DNA of 64,000 bases from Aplysia californica. Taxonomy: Eukaryota. Of this stretch, positions 26,793 through 41,700 are shown piece after piece; within the stretch, counting starts at the first letter, position 1, and the number at the start of each line of letters is the position of its first letter. Location: positions 359,085 through 423,084 of the forward strand of contig NW_004797747.1 in NCBI RefSeq assembly GCF_000002075.1. Direction: 5' to 3'. The position numbers and the translations under genes were made by a program. The notes below the pieces were generated by a model, which saw only the letters and a list, made by a program, of their open reading frames with translations, was not told the DNA's origin and searched no databases.

Positions 26793-29700
26793 TCATGAAG
26801 TGTCCACCAGGGTTATAATACTAGGAGTGGCATGCTTCTGTAGGATCATCTGGGACTGGTCGGAGCTGTAGGTGACAAACACGGAGATGTTGTTCAGGTT
26901 GTAGGTGCCGGGGCGAGTGACCCCTGCCTTGAGGGACACCGCAGAGTTTTGGCCTTTGCTTAGGGTCAGTGTTGCCTGGGTGAGGCCCACCCAACGGACA
27001 GAATGTGATGAAGAGGCAGAGGAGGGAAGCTGCTGAGGAAACGATGAAGAATCTGAAACCATTGCTCCTCCTCCTCCTCCTCCTGAGCTCAGGCTTTCCG
27101 GAGTTTTGCTGGTATCGACTACAACATGCACCTCTCGTTCTGAGTGGTTCTGCAAAACCAGCGTGACAGGGACCACGCACATACCCCTTGAGAACGCATG
27201 CTCCTTCTGGTGTACATGTGTGAAAGAGTAGGTCACCAGATGTGTGGTCACCTCGGGACTGGGTGGCTGCTGCTGCTCTTGCTCAACAACACGGGTGAAT
27301 CGCAGAGGGGGGCGGCTCGGGGCGGTCGGTGGGGTGGGATAGGATGTGGCACAAGCATTCAGTTGGTCCACATGCACATGGTGCTGGCCGACTACGATCT
27401 TCATCTGACCGCTCTCCTGAACCACATAGGCTTTCCAAAGAAAGACCAAAGTCAGGTTCAGCATGACGGCAGATTCCAGGTCGTTCACACTCTCTCGTGC
27501 CCTCGCCTTGGCCGATGAGTCCGAGTCTGCTGGGGAAGACACCGGAGGTTTATCCTGCGGGGCTTCTCCCGCAGACAGCTGCTTGTGTCGCAGAGAGCTA
27601 CGAACAAAGAAATCAGAGCAAGGGCTGCACGCACTGTTCACCTGATCCCTGTCAAAAGCAACCTCGCTAAACACAAGCTTCTCAGACTCTGAGGAGAACA
27701 AGAGAAATCAAATTGTAGACCGCAAAGCTGAACACTAAACTAATTCTCTGAAAACTGTTGTTGTAAAACTTAAAAAGGATATTTTTCAGTAGTAAGCACT
27801 TGACCACAACAAAAAATTATTGAATTCCTCTAATGGTAAACATGACTTGGTTCATGAGATCTAAACACGAGTTCATCTTTATTTTCTCTATTTACTCTTT
27901 GTAGAAGGATGTCCTGCATGATAAATATAAATCAGTTCAAATGCCTCAACTTTGAACCCTATCAATACATATCTCAGCAAATAAGAACCATTTCCTTCAA
28001 ATGATGGGAAACCAAAAACTACGATTCACCAAGTCTCTTTTTCTTGTGCTCACAACTATCTAGCATGAAGGAACATACTCTGTCACTCTGTCTCAAAGGT
28101 TTTTCTTCCTCTTTATCCTCATTAATAAACAAGAGTCTACTCTTTATCCTCATTAGTAAACAAGTCTACTCTTTATCCTCATTCATAAACAAGAGTCTAC
28201 TCTTTACACTGACTGTTACTAGCATAGACACATTTCCAGGTGCTGGCAACCAAAGCAGTTTTAAATCTCAGACTGCCCTTGAGTCGAAATACAAAAAAAA
28301 TCATGCGAAAGTAAGTCGCACACCGTTCCATGTTTGCTTAAAAGTGGTTTTCCCACAGGACAAAAACACCCACCGTTTTCCTGCTCCTGCTTCAAGCCCT
28401 TCATCACCAGCTGTAAAGTCTCTCTGCTGCCAAGACGCACACCTGTACAACCATTTAAAAAGAAAAAAAAATAGCATTCAGCACCAACTACATCGTTCTA
28501 CCTCACCATTCCCTTCTACACTCCGAAGTAGGGCAGCATTGATTTATGGGGAGGTAAATGGATTTGAGTTAAATAGGAAACAATAAAATGTGTATTATTT
28601 AGTAACTTCTACATGAAAGTTCCATTTTGTACCTTGTTGAAATTATGGCATAACAAAACTCGTCATGTGGACTCGTCATGTGCCACTGTAACTGTACAGC
28701 TTTTTATTTTAGGAAATTTAGCCAAGTACATAATTGAATCATCTAAAAAGATCAAATTCTCATTTCTTTTGTTTTTATTTGTCATTCTGCATGAGAATGT
28801 GTCAATTTAATTCCATCCCTGTGCAGTATCTCTTAAATTAATCTCAAAACATTTTTAAAAAGCCAGAGAACATTTTGTTTCAACTTGTAGTCATAAACAC
28901 CCATGATTGCATACATGAAAACACATGCTAGCAAGTACATAAATACAATCAATCAGAATAAAAGCCTTTAAAAAATCAAAAGTTATTTTCACTTCCAGTA
29001 GTCTTTTATTTTCTGTGCACACAAAACAAATCACATGAACACACAATCATCTATAGGTACCAAAACATTATATCAAAACAGAAATCCATCTTATCTATCT
29101 AAGTTAATACACATGAACTGGAAAGCACAAATGAGCAGAACAAAATTTCCCAACCCAACCTAGACCAACAAACACAAAGTCCCAAGCACACACACACACA
29201 CACACAATCAGCACAGCAATCTCTGATCGAGACTACTCAACCTTTGCAAAGAAAAACCCCCAGAAGTTCCCACTAAGGAAGCTCACCCGAATGGTGTTTG
29301 GCCCCGAGGCTGACCAGTGTCCACCAAGGACTCACACAAGACACCTGGGTCACCTGCAGTTCCTGGACATGGGGTCTCTGTATCTGGACCTGTGAAAAAA
29401 ATGAAATGATAATTACTCTTTAATAGACAGAAAGCGAATAACTTTTCGTGATATTTCATCTTCATAAAGACGAAATTACTATTAAACAGAAAATAAAAAC
29501 AAGGTTTTACACTTTTCAGATGGTGAAAATAAATGCAAAAGATTTGAAGCAAGCACAGTCTTACCGGAAAGAAAAGTAAAAACGGTGACGTAGCATGAGA
29601 AATCAAAACAATAACAAAACAAATTGTTAAAAATAAGGAATAAAAAATTATGAAACTGTCTTAACACATTACACCCTAACTCGCCCGGGATCGCCCGCGA

Positions 29701-32700
29701 ATTCCCTTACGCGCTCCACCCTGACTCGCCCGGAACCGCCCGCGCCGACCCAGCGTCTTTAGAAACGAAAGTCTCGCCTTGACGAGACTCTGGGGCCGGG
29801 ATTTTGATTTGCATAGTATAGCAAAAAGTTTCTTCTTTCGTTTGATACCGAAACGACATTTTTCAGGCCAGTAGTTTTAGTATTAGAGCTGATCGAAGTG
29901 CGAACAAACGCGTTACCGACACTTCGAAAGTGTCTCGACTTGTTGAAAAGCGACACAATTGAGTTCGAAAACGGAAATAACGATGGATTTGAGCAAAAAC
30001 AAGCATGTGACAAATCAGATGGCTCAGATTTTGATGAAAACGTTGTAGGAAGAGTTTGGGGCGATTCCGATTGATCAGACGGAGAAAATCTAGAATTTAG
30101 ATCTAGGGCCCGACCGCGAGGCTGAGAGTGAGAGTGACTGGTCGGACACCCCGATTGAAATAAAGTTAGAACATTTCCAACAGTTTGCGCATACATAAAG
30201 TTATATTTTTCTGAAACTACATTCAGTTTTCTTTTTAACTTTTATTTTTTCAGGATTTTTGGAATTTGTTTAGTATTTTTAAAATGTGTTTTTTAAAGGC
30301 TAGTATTCACAGGAGGTGGGTTCTTTCCCCTTGCTTAGGATCTACCAATGGACTTCCCGTCCAGGCCCTTAGGGTGTAATGTGTTAAACATAATGTACAG
30401 AAAGGTACGAATAAACATCTTACATGAAATGAAACATACACCCTAAAGCAATAAAACCGCTTCCCTAAAACCTTGAGGAAGACGAACTACTATGAAACGC
30501 AAAAATGAGTATTTATAAAGAGATGCTTTATATAACATTCACCTGGCTCAGATTTTCCAACTCGCACGCAAAGATACACGAGTTCAACTCCTGACCTCTG
30601 GTGGCGCCAGCTCGGGCCGAAGGTCGTGACACCGTGGTGCGCACACTCAGGGACTCCACTGTATTGAGCAGGGTGCAGTGCCGCACCACTCGATGCCTGA
30701 CGAGATTGAACCAATATAATTATTATTTTTCCTAGATTAAGAGCACATATATAATTACACCAGTAAAAAAACATCCAAATGTTTGCATTGCTCAACTGAC
30801 ATGAGAAAATGGCGAAATTGGGCACAAAGTGGGAAAACTTGTTAGTTTTGTTTGATTTGGTAAGTGTTTAACTGCGCTCGCAACTGCATAAGGGCGCAGG
30901 ACACATTAAACATTTCTAGTTTGGTAGGAATTAATTTTCAATTTCAATTGGGCGAAGACCGAAGTCTACTCTTATCGATTTTGGACCACCAAGGGATCTT
31001 TAACCTGCTCAACTTGCATACAGGAGGACTTCCAAGATTTTTCGCCCTTTTCCAAGAACGTGGATACGACAGTAGATGACAGACCATGGTTAGAGAACAT
31101 GAAAGGAGCAAATTTTCTCCTGTCAGGTTTCCAACCTGGGACCTGTTGAAAGAGGGATTAACATGCATCCTCTAGACCATGAGAACCCCTGAGGAAAGTC
31201 TGAAATTCATAAAGCATGACCCTAAAACATTACATGCTTGTCCGATCCTATAACGTCATACAGAGATGCATTTTTTCCTCCCAAAAGCTAAAGAAGCACG
31301 AAAAAGCTCTCAAACTATTAAACATCAGTAAAATGTAAAATGCTCAAACGAGATCTGCTGTCCCCCAGCCTTCACTATTGTGCGCCTGGCATAATAAATG
31401 AACGAATCATCAAAAAAAGCCACACACCTTATGTTACAGGAATGCTTCACTGGCTCGTAATAAAAGAGGAAATCCACTTCGTGAACCCCACCAATGTCAT
31501 CGCCACGAAGCCAGAGGGGGAGCGACAGGGTGTCTCCTGGCTGGAGAGCCCCTTTGGGCAGTGGAATGTCAAGGACGTCGGGCAGTGAGAGGAACGAGGA
31601 TCGATCCGGAATCGTGCTGGTGAGGGTGGAGCTAAGTGAACTGCACTGTGGGGCCCTCATCTGGTAGACGTAGGGGTACTTGGGCAGTTCCGAGTTGCGG
31701 CCAAATGTGAAGAACCGTGGGTGAGATGAGGTCACTCGTAAGTTCTGAAGGGGGCTCTTGCCAGAGTTGGTGAACTCAATCTCTATGCACTGCACCTCGC
31801 CACACAAAAGGTTCTCCGGGAAGTCGCAGAAGACAACCTGAAGAACAAACACAAAAGGAAAATATTTTTCAGCGCAAAAGATTCCCTTTCACCTATTGAA
31901 ATTCTCACTTAATTTCCTTGAGCTGCAATCTCACTTATAATAAAAGTTTTGGTGATACCATGTGCCTATTCTTTTCATTAAAGATCCACACCTAACATGT
32001 AATAAAAAGACACTGTTGAATGAACTGTATGTTAGTGGAAATGAAGACAGAAAACTTACATCTAAACTGGGCATCTCCTCATGAATTAGTAGATCAAGAC
32101 GTCGATCTGGGCCGTACAACTGCTGTGTTCGTTCTTCTTTCGAGTTGTTGAGGCGAGGCCCCTGGGGTTCGAGTCTCTGTTTGCCCCTAACGAGGACACT
32201 GGTGGTATAGCTTGGCTTGCTGGGTGCAGACATGGATGAGGACCCCACCTCCTGCTGCAGGGAAGAGTTTTGAGCCAGCGAGCTGGTGCCCAGATTGTAG
32301 GCCAGGCCCACCACTCGTAGCTGACCGGGCTGCCTCGGGGTCAAGGTCAGATGAATCTGAGCAAGAAAAGAGGATGGGCAAATCAAATTTTTTTTTAAAC
32401 CGACATTTTTTCTAAAAAATATTGAATGTTTTTGTATCCAAATGAAGTGATTAAAAAGACATTAGAAAAAAAAAGTAAAATGCATCATAGATAAGATAGA
32501 AGTCATAGACCAGTAGGCAGAATAAAGTCAGCACAGCTGACCTCAGAGATAATTCTCTTTGGTCAAAAAAAAAAGGTATACTCAATTGCTTGAAGGACAT
32601 GAAACATGTACATCGCTACGTTTACGATAAAAAGTTGCCCCAAAACAGGGAAATTTATTTTCAAGAAAAAAAAAGGCTCTGAAACAAAGTAGTCTATTTT

Positions 32701-35700
32701 AGTAATTGCCATCAATCTCCGTCCTTTTCAAAACTTCATCAATACATTACAATACGTAATCTTACATCATAACTTGCTATCCCACACAAGCAAATCCAAC
32801 CTAACTTCAGGTGCATCGAATACCAAAAAAAATAAGCCGAAAATAGTCTGTAACTTTTTTCAGAATGCAAGGGCAATCTGTTTGTGAAATCAGGACAGAA
32901 CTTACCGACTCATTTTGGATACCTTGCACAATCACTTCTTTTATCACGGACGTCTGAATGATCTCATCAGCTAGGCTATTCTGTAACATCCGATAATTGT
33001 AAAAAACCCATTTAGAATGTGGTATGCGAGGGAAAAGAGAAAACTCAAACACATTACATAAACATATACACAAATGATTTTCTGAAAGAGAAATGCTGAA
33101 TCATAAACAAAAAGGCAGCTGGTCAGATACAGCTTATCATTACAATAGGTACAGGTAATATTTCATCATGAATAAAAGGGGTGGAGGAATTATAACATTG
33201 GAAAGAGGTGGCGTCGGTGGCCTAGTGGTCAGTCTCTCGGACTCGCAACCGTAAGGTCGTGGGTTTGAATCCCGTTAGGGGCCCGACGTTGTGTCCTTGG
33301 GAAAGGCACTTTACACGAATTTTCCTCACTTCACCCAGGTGGGAATGGGTACCCGGCTATAGACAGCGAAAGATCTTGTCAATTTGTTAGTGTTTGAGCG
33401 CTTAATCAGCTGCTTGCACTGCATGCTTCCCGGGAAGCTGAGAATGTTTCGGAGTGTTCTGTGGTCTGCTGGGGTAAAAATATAGTGTAAAGCGCATAGA
33501 GCCTGCAGTTGAGTGGGGATATGCGCTATACAAATGCTATTTATTATTATTATTATTAGAAGGTGCAGATCACACTACAACGTCCATCAACTGTATACAT
33601 TCAGACGAAAACAAGAGCTTCATACCTTCACTCCAGTAGTCATTTCATTTGAGATGACCTGAGGAGGGTCGGGCCCTTGAATGGAAGGAATAAAAGTCCA
33701 AAGTAATGACACTTCAGACAGGACTAGCATCACATGGAGGGGGTTTTCCACTTGCAGTTCTATGGTGATGGGTTCTGAAACGAGTGGAAAAATTCAAAGT
33801 TTTAAAAAATCAAGTAAATCAAACACACCCACCAAAAGCAGTCGACTATTCGTTCACAGTTTGTTACATTAATTCTCAAGTGCTTCAAAATTGATGCAAT
33901 TAACATCATTTTCTGAATTTTTAAAGAGAAAAAGTGTTATGGAATTGGTTTACCACTTTGAAGGGTTGAGAGCTGAAGAATAGAAAAACACTTTACAAAG
34001 ATGTCGTTAAAAATTAAAATCGAGACAGCACTGCAGTCTACTGACAGCACAAAAAATGTTGGCATTTAAGATAGAAACAGCTCCCTAATACCCAATTCGA
34101 AATAAGTTTGTGACTTAAAAATCAATAAATACTCACCTCCAACAAAAGCAACGGGACTAGACCGGTTGTCTGTATCATTGGTGAAGAGCTGCGGGTTGGG
34201 TTTGTGGGAGCGACCAGAAATCTGTGTCATTCTCTCCTCGAGGACGTCCCACTTTGCTGAATGCTCCTCATCTGAGAACCACATTCCTGTTGCCGACGTC
34301 TTTCTTCCATTGCCCTCTGAGGAAATAAAAGAATGTGGGTTTTTTCCCCCCTCCATCAACACAATTCTGATCATGTTAGGAGCAGGCTGCATGAGCTGGT
34401 CTGCTACAGGCAACTGAGTCGTGGGACTCCTAGCACAAACGTAGACCCACTGAACAAAATAGTTTTTTCCCTGAAGTTGCATCGCCAAAAGTCCATTTCA
34501 GGACATTTAACGATCTAGGTCAGCTTTGAAAAGACTGACAAAAAATGTTCATAAAAGGAACAGAAAGATTTTACCACTCCATATCATTAACATGAGAATA
34601 AAAAGGATACTACGTTATGAAGAAATGAAAAATTGCTTTTCTGGCATAATTTTCATTCACAGATTTATAAGAATAACCTTTTTCTTGACATGACTCATGA
34701 TCCAACTCTTCAACATTCTCAACAAAGTCCCAGCTACTGAAGGAAGTGTCAACACTTCCATCAAAACAATCTCACCTTTAAAAAAAATCCCTTGACACAT
34801 CAGCAGTTTTTTTATGGGTTTATGAGATAGCCAGGATATTAGAACTTTCTCTATTTATGTGTGGTATATAATTTCAATGATCCTTATTATATATAATCAT
34901 CAACGTTTCAATTGTTTAAAGCTTTCATACAATTACAAAAACCTAGTTTCAGAAACTCAAGAAACACCCCATTTTGTATAAACTTGACAAGTCCACATCT
35001 TTGATCTAGCACGGACAAACCAAGTGAAAGTTAAGCGAATATACATATATTCTCACACAAAACAATATGTACACATGTATGGGCACAAGTGAACATTCAT
35101 TCACCTTGTTTCTCGCGTGTTCCACTCAGGAGAACCTTTGTGGCATTGCTATTGACCAGGGGCAGAGGCAGTTCCGGCAGGTGGCCATATGAGCTACTGT
35201 CTCTCTCCTCCTGGCTCAGAAGTTGCTGTTGTGGAGTAAGTGAAAGATTACACACGAACCTCTACTACACAATGTGCATTGTTGTGGAGTAAGTGAAAGA
35301 TTACACACGAACCTCCACCACACAAAGTGCATTGTTGTGGAGTAAGTGAAAGATTACACATGAACCTCCACCACACAATGTGCATTGTTGTGGAGTAAGT
35401 GAAAGATTCCACATGAACCTCCACCACACAATGTGCATTGTTGTGGAGTAAAAGAAAGATTCCACATGAACCTCCACCACACAATGTGCATTGTTGTGGA
35501 GTAAGTGAAAGATTACACATGAACCTCTACTACACAATGTGCATTGTTGTGGAGTAAGTGAAAGATTACACATGAACCTCTACAACACAATGTGCATTGT
35601 TGTGGAGTAAGTGAAAGATTACACATGAACCTCCACCACACAATGTGCATTGTCTTGACAGTCAAGACACTTATTTAGAGTTGCATTATACAGAGAAAGG

Positions 35701-38700
35701 GCATCAAGTTCGGCATTTTAAAAAGTGAAAAGAAAAAAAAAAGAACAATCCGCAAAGATGGAAGCAATTAAATTTAATCTTTTCCAAGTGAACAACTGCT
35801 GCAAATTAATTTTTTTTATTGATAAGAGAAACGAAACAAGTTTCAGTTCATAGAAGCACAAAAAACCCCCCCGTTTATTAGACACAGAGTGTAATCCACA
35901 TGGTAGTGACATAGAACTTTGTATCTCAGCAACATCCTGTAAGAACCCTTTCATTTTACAACGCTGAACTTTCTATAATGAGCTTCCCTTCTTTCAGCAA
36001 ATAGATATCTTCATAGTCACTTAACATATTACAAAAAGAGCTGAAAGTAAGTAATATTCAAGGGTCTTGGCCTTATTTACTCATTATCTATTAAAAACTT
36101 CTTAAGAATACCCCAAACTAAAACCACTCTACTTTCCCTCTGGAAACATTGATGAACTAGAATCCTTACCTTGTAGACAAAGAGGTACTCTCTGAGAAAA
36201 GCTGCTTGTTGGGAGGTGGGCTGCTTACTCTGTTCTGTTAACAGATGCTTGAAAGCTGCTGTGGCATTCTCCAGTTGCTTTAGGTTCACGGACTGACGAC
36301 CAATCGTAAAATGGATGTGATCCTGGAAAATACGAAATACCACTTTTACTTTACTTTTCCGATCCAGCGACCATTTCAGTTCTAGCCCTTCGGTCTGTTG
36401 ATAAGGCAAAGAATTTACAGGTTTTTATCAGCTGTGCTTTGTCGCTGTATAGAGTATTTCCGATGTCTGGGGAGGCAGGTAGGTAGGTGTTACGCAGGTC
36501 TCAAAGTGCAAGGCAGGTAAAGAGGTGGTGAGGTACTGTTTCATCCTGGCAGTCACATAACGAGCAGTCCGGAGGGGTATCCTTGCGGATCCTTTTTAGG
36601 TAGGAATTCAGTTGGATATATTGTGTTCAGAGGCGAAAAATCGTGACTTGTTCTCTTCTACTCAGGGAATTTGGTGCATCTTTTTAAAAAAATGAAATGA
36701 AAGCACCATTATTTCGTCTCTTTTTGCTGATGAAAAGGTATCTATTTGATAAATAGAAGAAGTATTCTACAGGTTTCTCTTCTTATGCAGAAGTGACTTA
36801 TCAGGGAAAAGTTACACAGTACAATGAAAACAAGACTTTAAAATAATCCAAGAGAAGTGGAATTTTCTATCCATTACTCTACAAATGAAAAAACATTCCT
36901 ACACAATTAAGTACAGAGACTAATTCTGTTAGTCAATACAAAAACAAAAACTTCACTTACCTCTGCAATTGACCAGTGCTTTGCCTTGTAAATTTGCAAA
37001 GCTTGGGAGTAACTTCGTAATGAATGTTTTCTCTGTAAGAATAAAAACAAAGAAAAGTACTGCTCAGCTTCCCATGACAAAAACAATTAAAGAAAACTTT
37101 GAACAGATACTAAAACACCAACAGTAAAACCTGTCGGCATGAACTATCTCATGCTTGGCTTACAAACAAAGGGGTTTACGGACTATGCAGAATGGAAACT
37201 GCTCAGTTTAATGCAAAACATTTATTCTTATACATTACAAAATAACATTTCAATGCCTCTTTTGCTCAAGCTTAACCAAATGTTGAGCTTAAACAATACA
37301 CATAACCATCTGTTCAAACATTAAACTGTTTCACAACCATTATAAAGCTATGCCGTGTGTCTGGGAAATACAGCCCATTACTCCCTAAATATGTAAATAC
37401 AAAAGGCTTTTGACAAAGAAAGCATGGTCTTTCGTATTCATTACCGGGGCCACTGAACCTCTTATGGTACCAAAAACGACACAGGTGAGAAAATGCATAA
37501 TGACTTGATAATTGTCAACACAACTGATCTATATAAGTTGTAGTGCAACGCCTATAAATGATGCATTTGTAACTTTTCCTACTTGGGTCAACACAGAAAA
37601 AGACCCCATATGCCGTCGAAGCATCTTCAGCAACAGACCACTACCTATAAAGTACTTGCGACTATTTTACTGACCCTTAAAAGGATATTAGTTTTTATAA
37701 TGTCAAGACCAACAACTTATGAAATATAAATAATATTTTCAAACAGAAGCACAGCGATATCAACTTTACCAAATATTTCGAGAACACCTGTCCAACTACG
37801 TAAGACAATGGGAAGAGTTTGAAAAGACCCCTCTAAGCGAACTTACCTGACCAGCCTTGCTGAAGCGATGCCCTGCCAGGATCATATGGAACGAATACTT
37901 GCGCACCATTGGGGTCTTCAGAGCGAGGAAACAATGAGCTGCTTGCTCAAGGAAGAGAGCACTGGTCAGATCAGAATCCTGAAGACAATTTTTTAAAACG
38001 GTCACCTTATTTCACCAATTCTTCAGATACCCCTGAACACTGAGCCACCTGGTCACTCCTGTCTTAGGCAAGGAAAGTTGACAGTTTTCAAGGACAAGAA
38101 TCCAAAGAATAGCTCTTTTAGAAATCTTATCACTGATGAACGAAATCACTTGAACGAAATTAATTTTCATATCCAACTTCACCTGCCAAACAGCAGCATA
38201 CTCACTAAAACTGTCTGTCAATTCCTTAATGGATGTTACACATCTTTTACATCACTTTATTCTCTTCCACATTGGGGGCATTTAAAATGGAGACTCAGGG
38301 CGGCTACAGCAAATAATTTTATGTAAAACATTATTTATGGCTTGCTCCCAATACAAAAACCTAAAAAGTATTTACGAGCAGAAAAAATGAAAATAAAGAA
38401 GCCTTTGAAGTTAGCATTCTCATATATCATCAGTTTTGCTGTTACTGCAGCATCTTATGTATAAACGAAGGATTTTTTAAATCAGTGAAAAGGAAATTAC
38501 CTCACTAGTCATCTTCAAAAACTGCAGGGCTGCTTCACTGTACATGCCTATCTTCTTGAGGGCCTCTGTGCTTGTTAAGGTCGCCCGTGTAGCATACTGT
38601 GTATTTCTGATAAGAAAACAATGGTGTTTTATTTTAAGATGAGTGTTCTACAAAAGATGCTGTTGCCGTGGCGCCGTATCTTGTGGAACAAAAACATTTC

Positions 38701-41700
38701 ACCAGAAACACATAAGAGTAACAGTAACGATGAAACCAATTAAAGTAAGAGTATTGGGGCACTTGCAACACAATAGAGTCATACGAGTGTCAAAGGTTAG
38801 AGAAATCAAGTTCATTCTCATAAGCAATCCTTAAATCAAGAAAACAAACACAAACAAATCCACTCACAAACTAAATAACTTCATTAGGAAATTTTTTTTT
38901 GTAAGCAAAACCCAACACCTCTGAGGCCACAGCAGAAGAAAAGAATGAATTTTTATCGACAGTGAGATTCTAAAGCTTCGACATCATTCAAAACCGAGCA
39001 AGATTAATCTATACAGCTCACGAACAGTCAATGCTGGTTTGAAAATGAGCAAAAATATTCAAAAGTAATTATTCCTTCACCTGCAAGAGGTAAGGTATGT
39101 TGATATGGCGGTCTCCATGTAGTGGCGTGGGTACTGCTTTTGATTGTGAGGACCCTGGAGGAAAACTCCCAGACTTGCCATTTCCTATCAAACAAAAGAA
39201 TGGAAAAACATTAACATAAGAACATGATCACCGATTCATAGATGCCAACATCTCTGCCACATTACTTAAATCAAGGGCTTCATGAAATTAATTCATAATA
39301 TCAACAACAAAAAATTCTACAATAGATGACCCAATCAAATTAGATCTAAAACTCTTTTGTCTAAGAGACAAATGGTCAACACCATGCAAGACAGAAGCAT
39401 TGCATGGAATAAGGATAGGTACACGAATGCTTCTTCTTAACAGCAAAAATGAAAAGATTACATTCTCAACCCTACAAACATTCTCTTTGCCAGGCATAAC
39501 AATGACACATTCTTGTCTCTGGCATATCACAAAGCTCAAGTCTAAATAACAAGAACAGAAGAAACAAACTAGTGTTCATTACCAGTGCTCCAGCAAAGTG
39601 CAGCCAGGCTTGATCATTGTTGAAATCTTTCTTAGCCGTGTGGTACGTGTTGTAGGAAAACTCATACATTTGAAACAAGAAAGCCAGGTCCGCCAATCTC
39701 CTCAACTGTAGCTCTGGAGCATCTTTAGTATACCTGTTTTCAGAACAAGAGGGATGTCTTGAATTTCTATGAAACCTTCTGTACACTCTTTCAATATGGT
39801 ATTCCCAGCACAAGTAAATATGTCCATTAAAAAAAAAAAATCCTTTTAAAAAGTTTGGAAATATGAACAAGCAGGAATACTATTCAAAATGGTAAGGTAC
39901 ATTGCGCAAGATATAAGAAATTGAAGGGGGAAAACATTGGGTTTTTTAAATTTAAAAAAACAACCAAAAAACTTTTCCCATCCAAATCAGAGATTGCTTT
40001 CTCTGTGGGAATATTTTTCTAGTCTGTTCTTTGTGTGGCAACACCAGATAGCATAAATGCAAGTTGAAAAACCCTAAAGACAATATTGAGACTGTCTCTA
40101 AGGACACCGACTGTAACTGCTCTAGGAGGGCTCTATATAAGGCTTTCCTGAGGATGCTGTCCTGGGTTCATGGGTGCTGTGTTGCATGGACATGTCTCCG
40201 ACTGGTCAATCCTTAGCTTCATAAACATATCTGCATTTAGTCCATTGCCACCAAATCTAAGCCTAAGAAGACCAATCTGTTCCCATCTTGAAGCTTGAAG
40301 TAGCTGTCAAGTTGGTATTTGTTGTGCTGGTGGTTGTTATTGCATAAAACTCAACTCAATAATTGCCTTCTCATCATAATAGGAGACAAACCTAAGATCA
40401 CCAATACACATGGATTAATAATCCACTGCCAAGTAAAAATATTTCCAGCAAACATACTGATAGAGATGAAATACAAGGAAACCTAAAAGAAATTCAACTT
40501 TAGATAATAACTTGTGCTAAATATGAACCATATAAATTGCTTACACTACTGTGGTATTCTGTGAAGCAGGAATGGCTCCAGAAGGCTTATTGCCAAACCA
40601 TTTTTTCGTAGCACTGAAGATTGATCTATGGATTCCTTTTCTGGAGGTTAGCTGCAAACAGAAGGCAAAGACAAATTTTAACAAAAAAGATAAATTTTAT
40701 TCAATCAAAAAGCTTCAGATCCAAAAAAACATAGAACAAAACATTTGAATATCAAAGGCACATATTCTGAACAGCTCTACCCAGAAAAGCCATTGAACCA
40801 TCTGTTGCACAGAAGTTCTCCCACAAATCAATAATTGTTCACAATTTTCACTGCACTCTGTTGGATATCTTTATCAAACAGCACAACAGGCTCAACAGTA
40901 ATGACAGGAAAACAAATCAATACTAGCACACTGATGCACCACACCAGCTGCAGCAGCATCACTTTGACATGCAAGAAAACACATGAAACAGACAAATACT
41001 CTGAATGTCACCTATGACAAAAAATGCTTACTATAAAAAAATCCGTGCATAATTTACTCATTCAGTCCTAAAACTAGCTTTTTTTCTCTCTCTGGCAGGT
41101 TACTATAACCCTCAAATACCTGGTACATGAAAAAATGGACAGATAACACAACCATATCAAGTGATTCCTGAAAGAATGAAGAGTTATTCAATATCAAAAG
41201 GAATATGATTTATTTAAAATACGTCAGAGGTAGTACTTATGTATAGAAGGAAAAGTTTTCAAAAGTAAGAAAGATACAGGAGAGACTGAAAGTGAGACGT
41301 CCTGAGCCCACTGAAGGTGCCAGAACAGGTGTTGTGCATACCAAGAGAAAGCGGCAATGTTCACCTGTTCACTCAGCATCTTCATCTGCCGCTCAGCCCA
41401 AGGGATGAGGGCCCGGACCACAAACTCATGCATGAAGATCCTCAGACGGTCCAAGTCACTTGGGGTCAAACACATGCCGTGTGACTTGCTCACATTTTTA
41501 TCGTGTGAGCGATGGTGGCCCACAGAAAAACTTCTGCTTTCACCTGGAAACAACATCATATTTTACTTGTTACAGCAACAAGACAAATAAGGCAAGGCAT
41601 TATCAGTTATGATTATCAGAATCTTTATAACACACTTTCTTGACACTATTTCACAGGGTGCATTTTGAGTTAACGTTAAGCTTTTTGCACTCAGCAAAAT

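Noticed and set aside
28044-28586. 180-aa + strand ORF (likewise 51229..51726, 27198..27518, 26821..27180)
   Set aside because: These are antisense or alternate-frame shadows of real exons and repeats, with no recognisable domains.
33207-33285. tRNA gene
   Set aside because: A and B boxes are present, but the sequence runs straight into a SINE body and tail and lacks a proper acceptor stem.
35227-35653. CRISPR-like regular array
   Set aside because: Units are contiguous and near-identical with no unique spacers, and they lie in a eukaryotic intron with no cas genes. It is a minisatellite.
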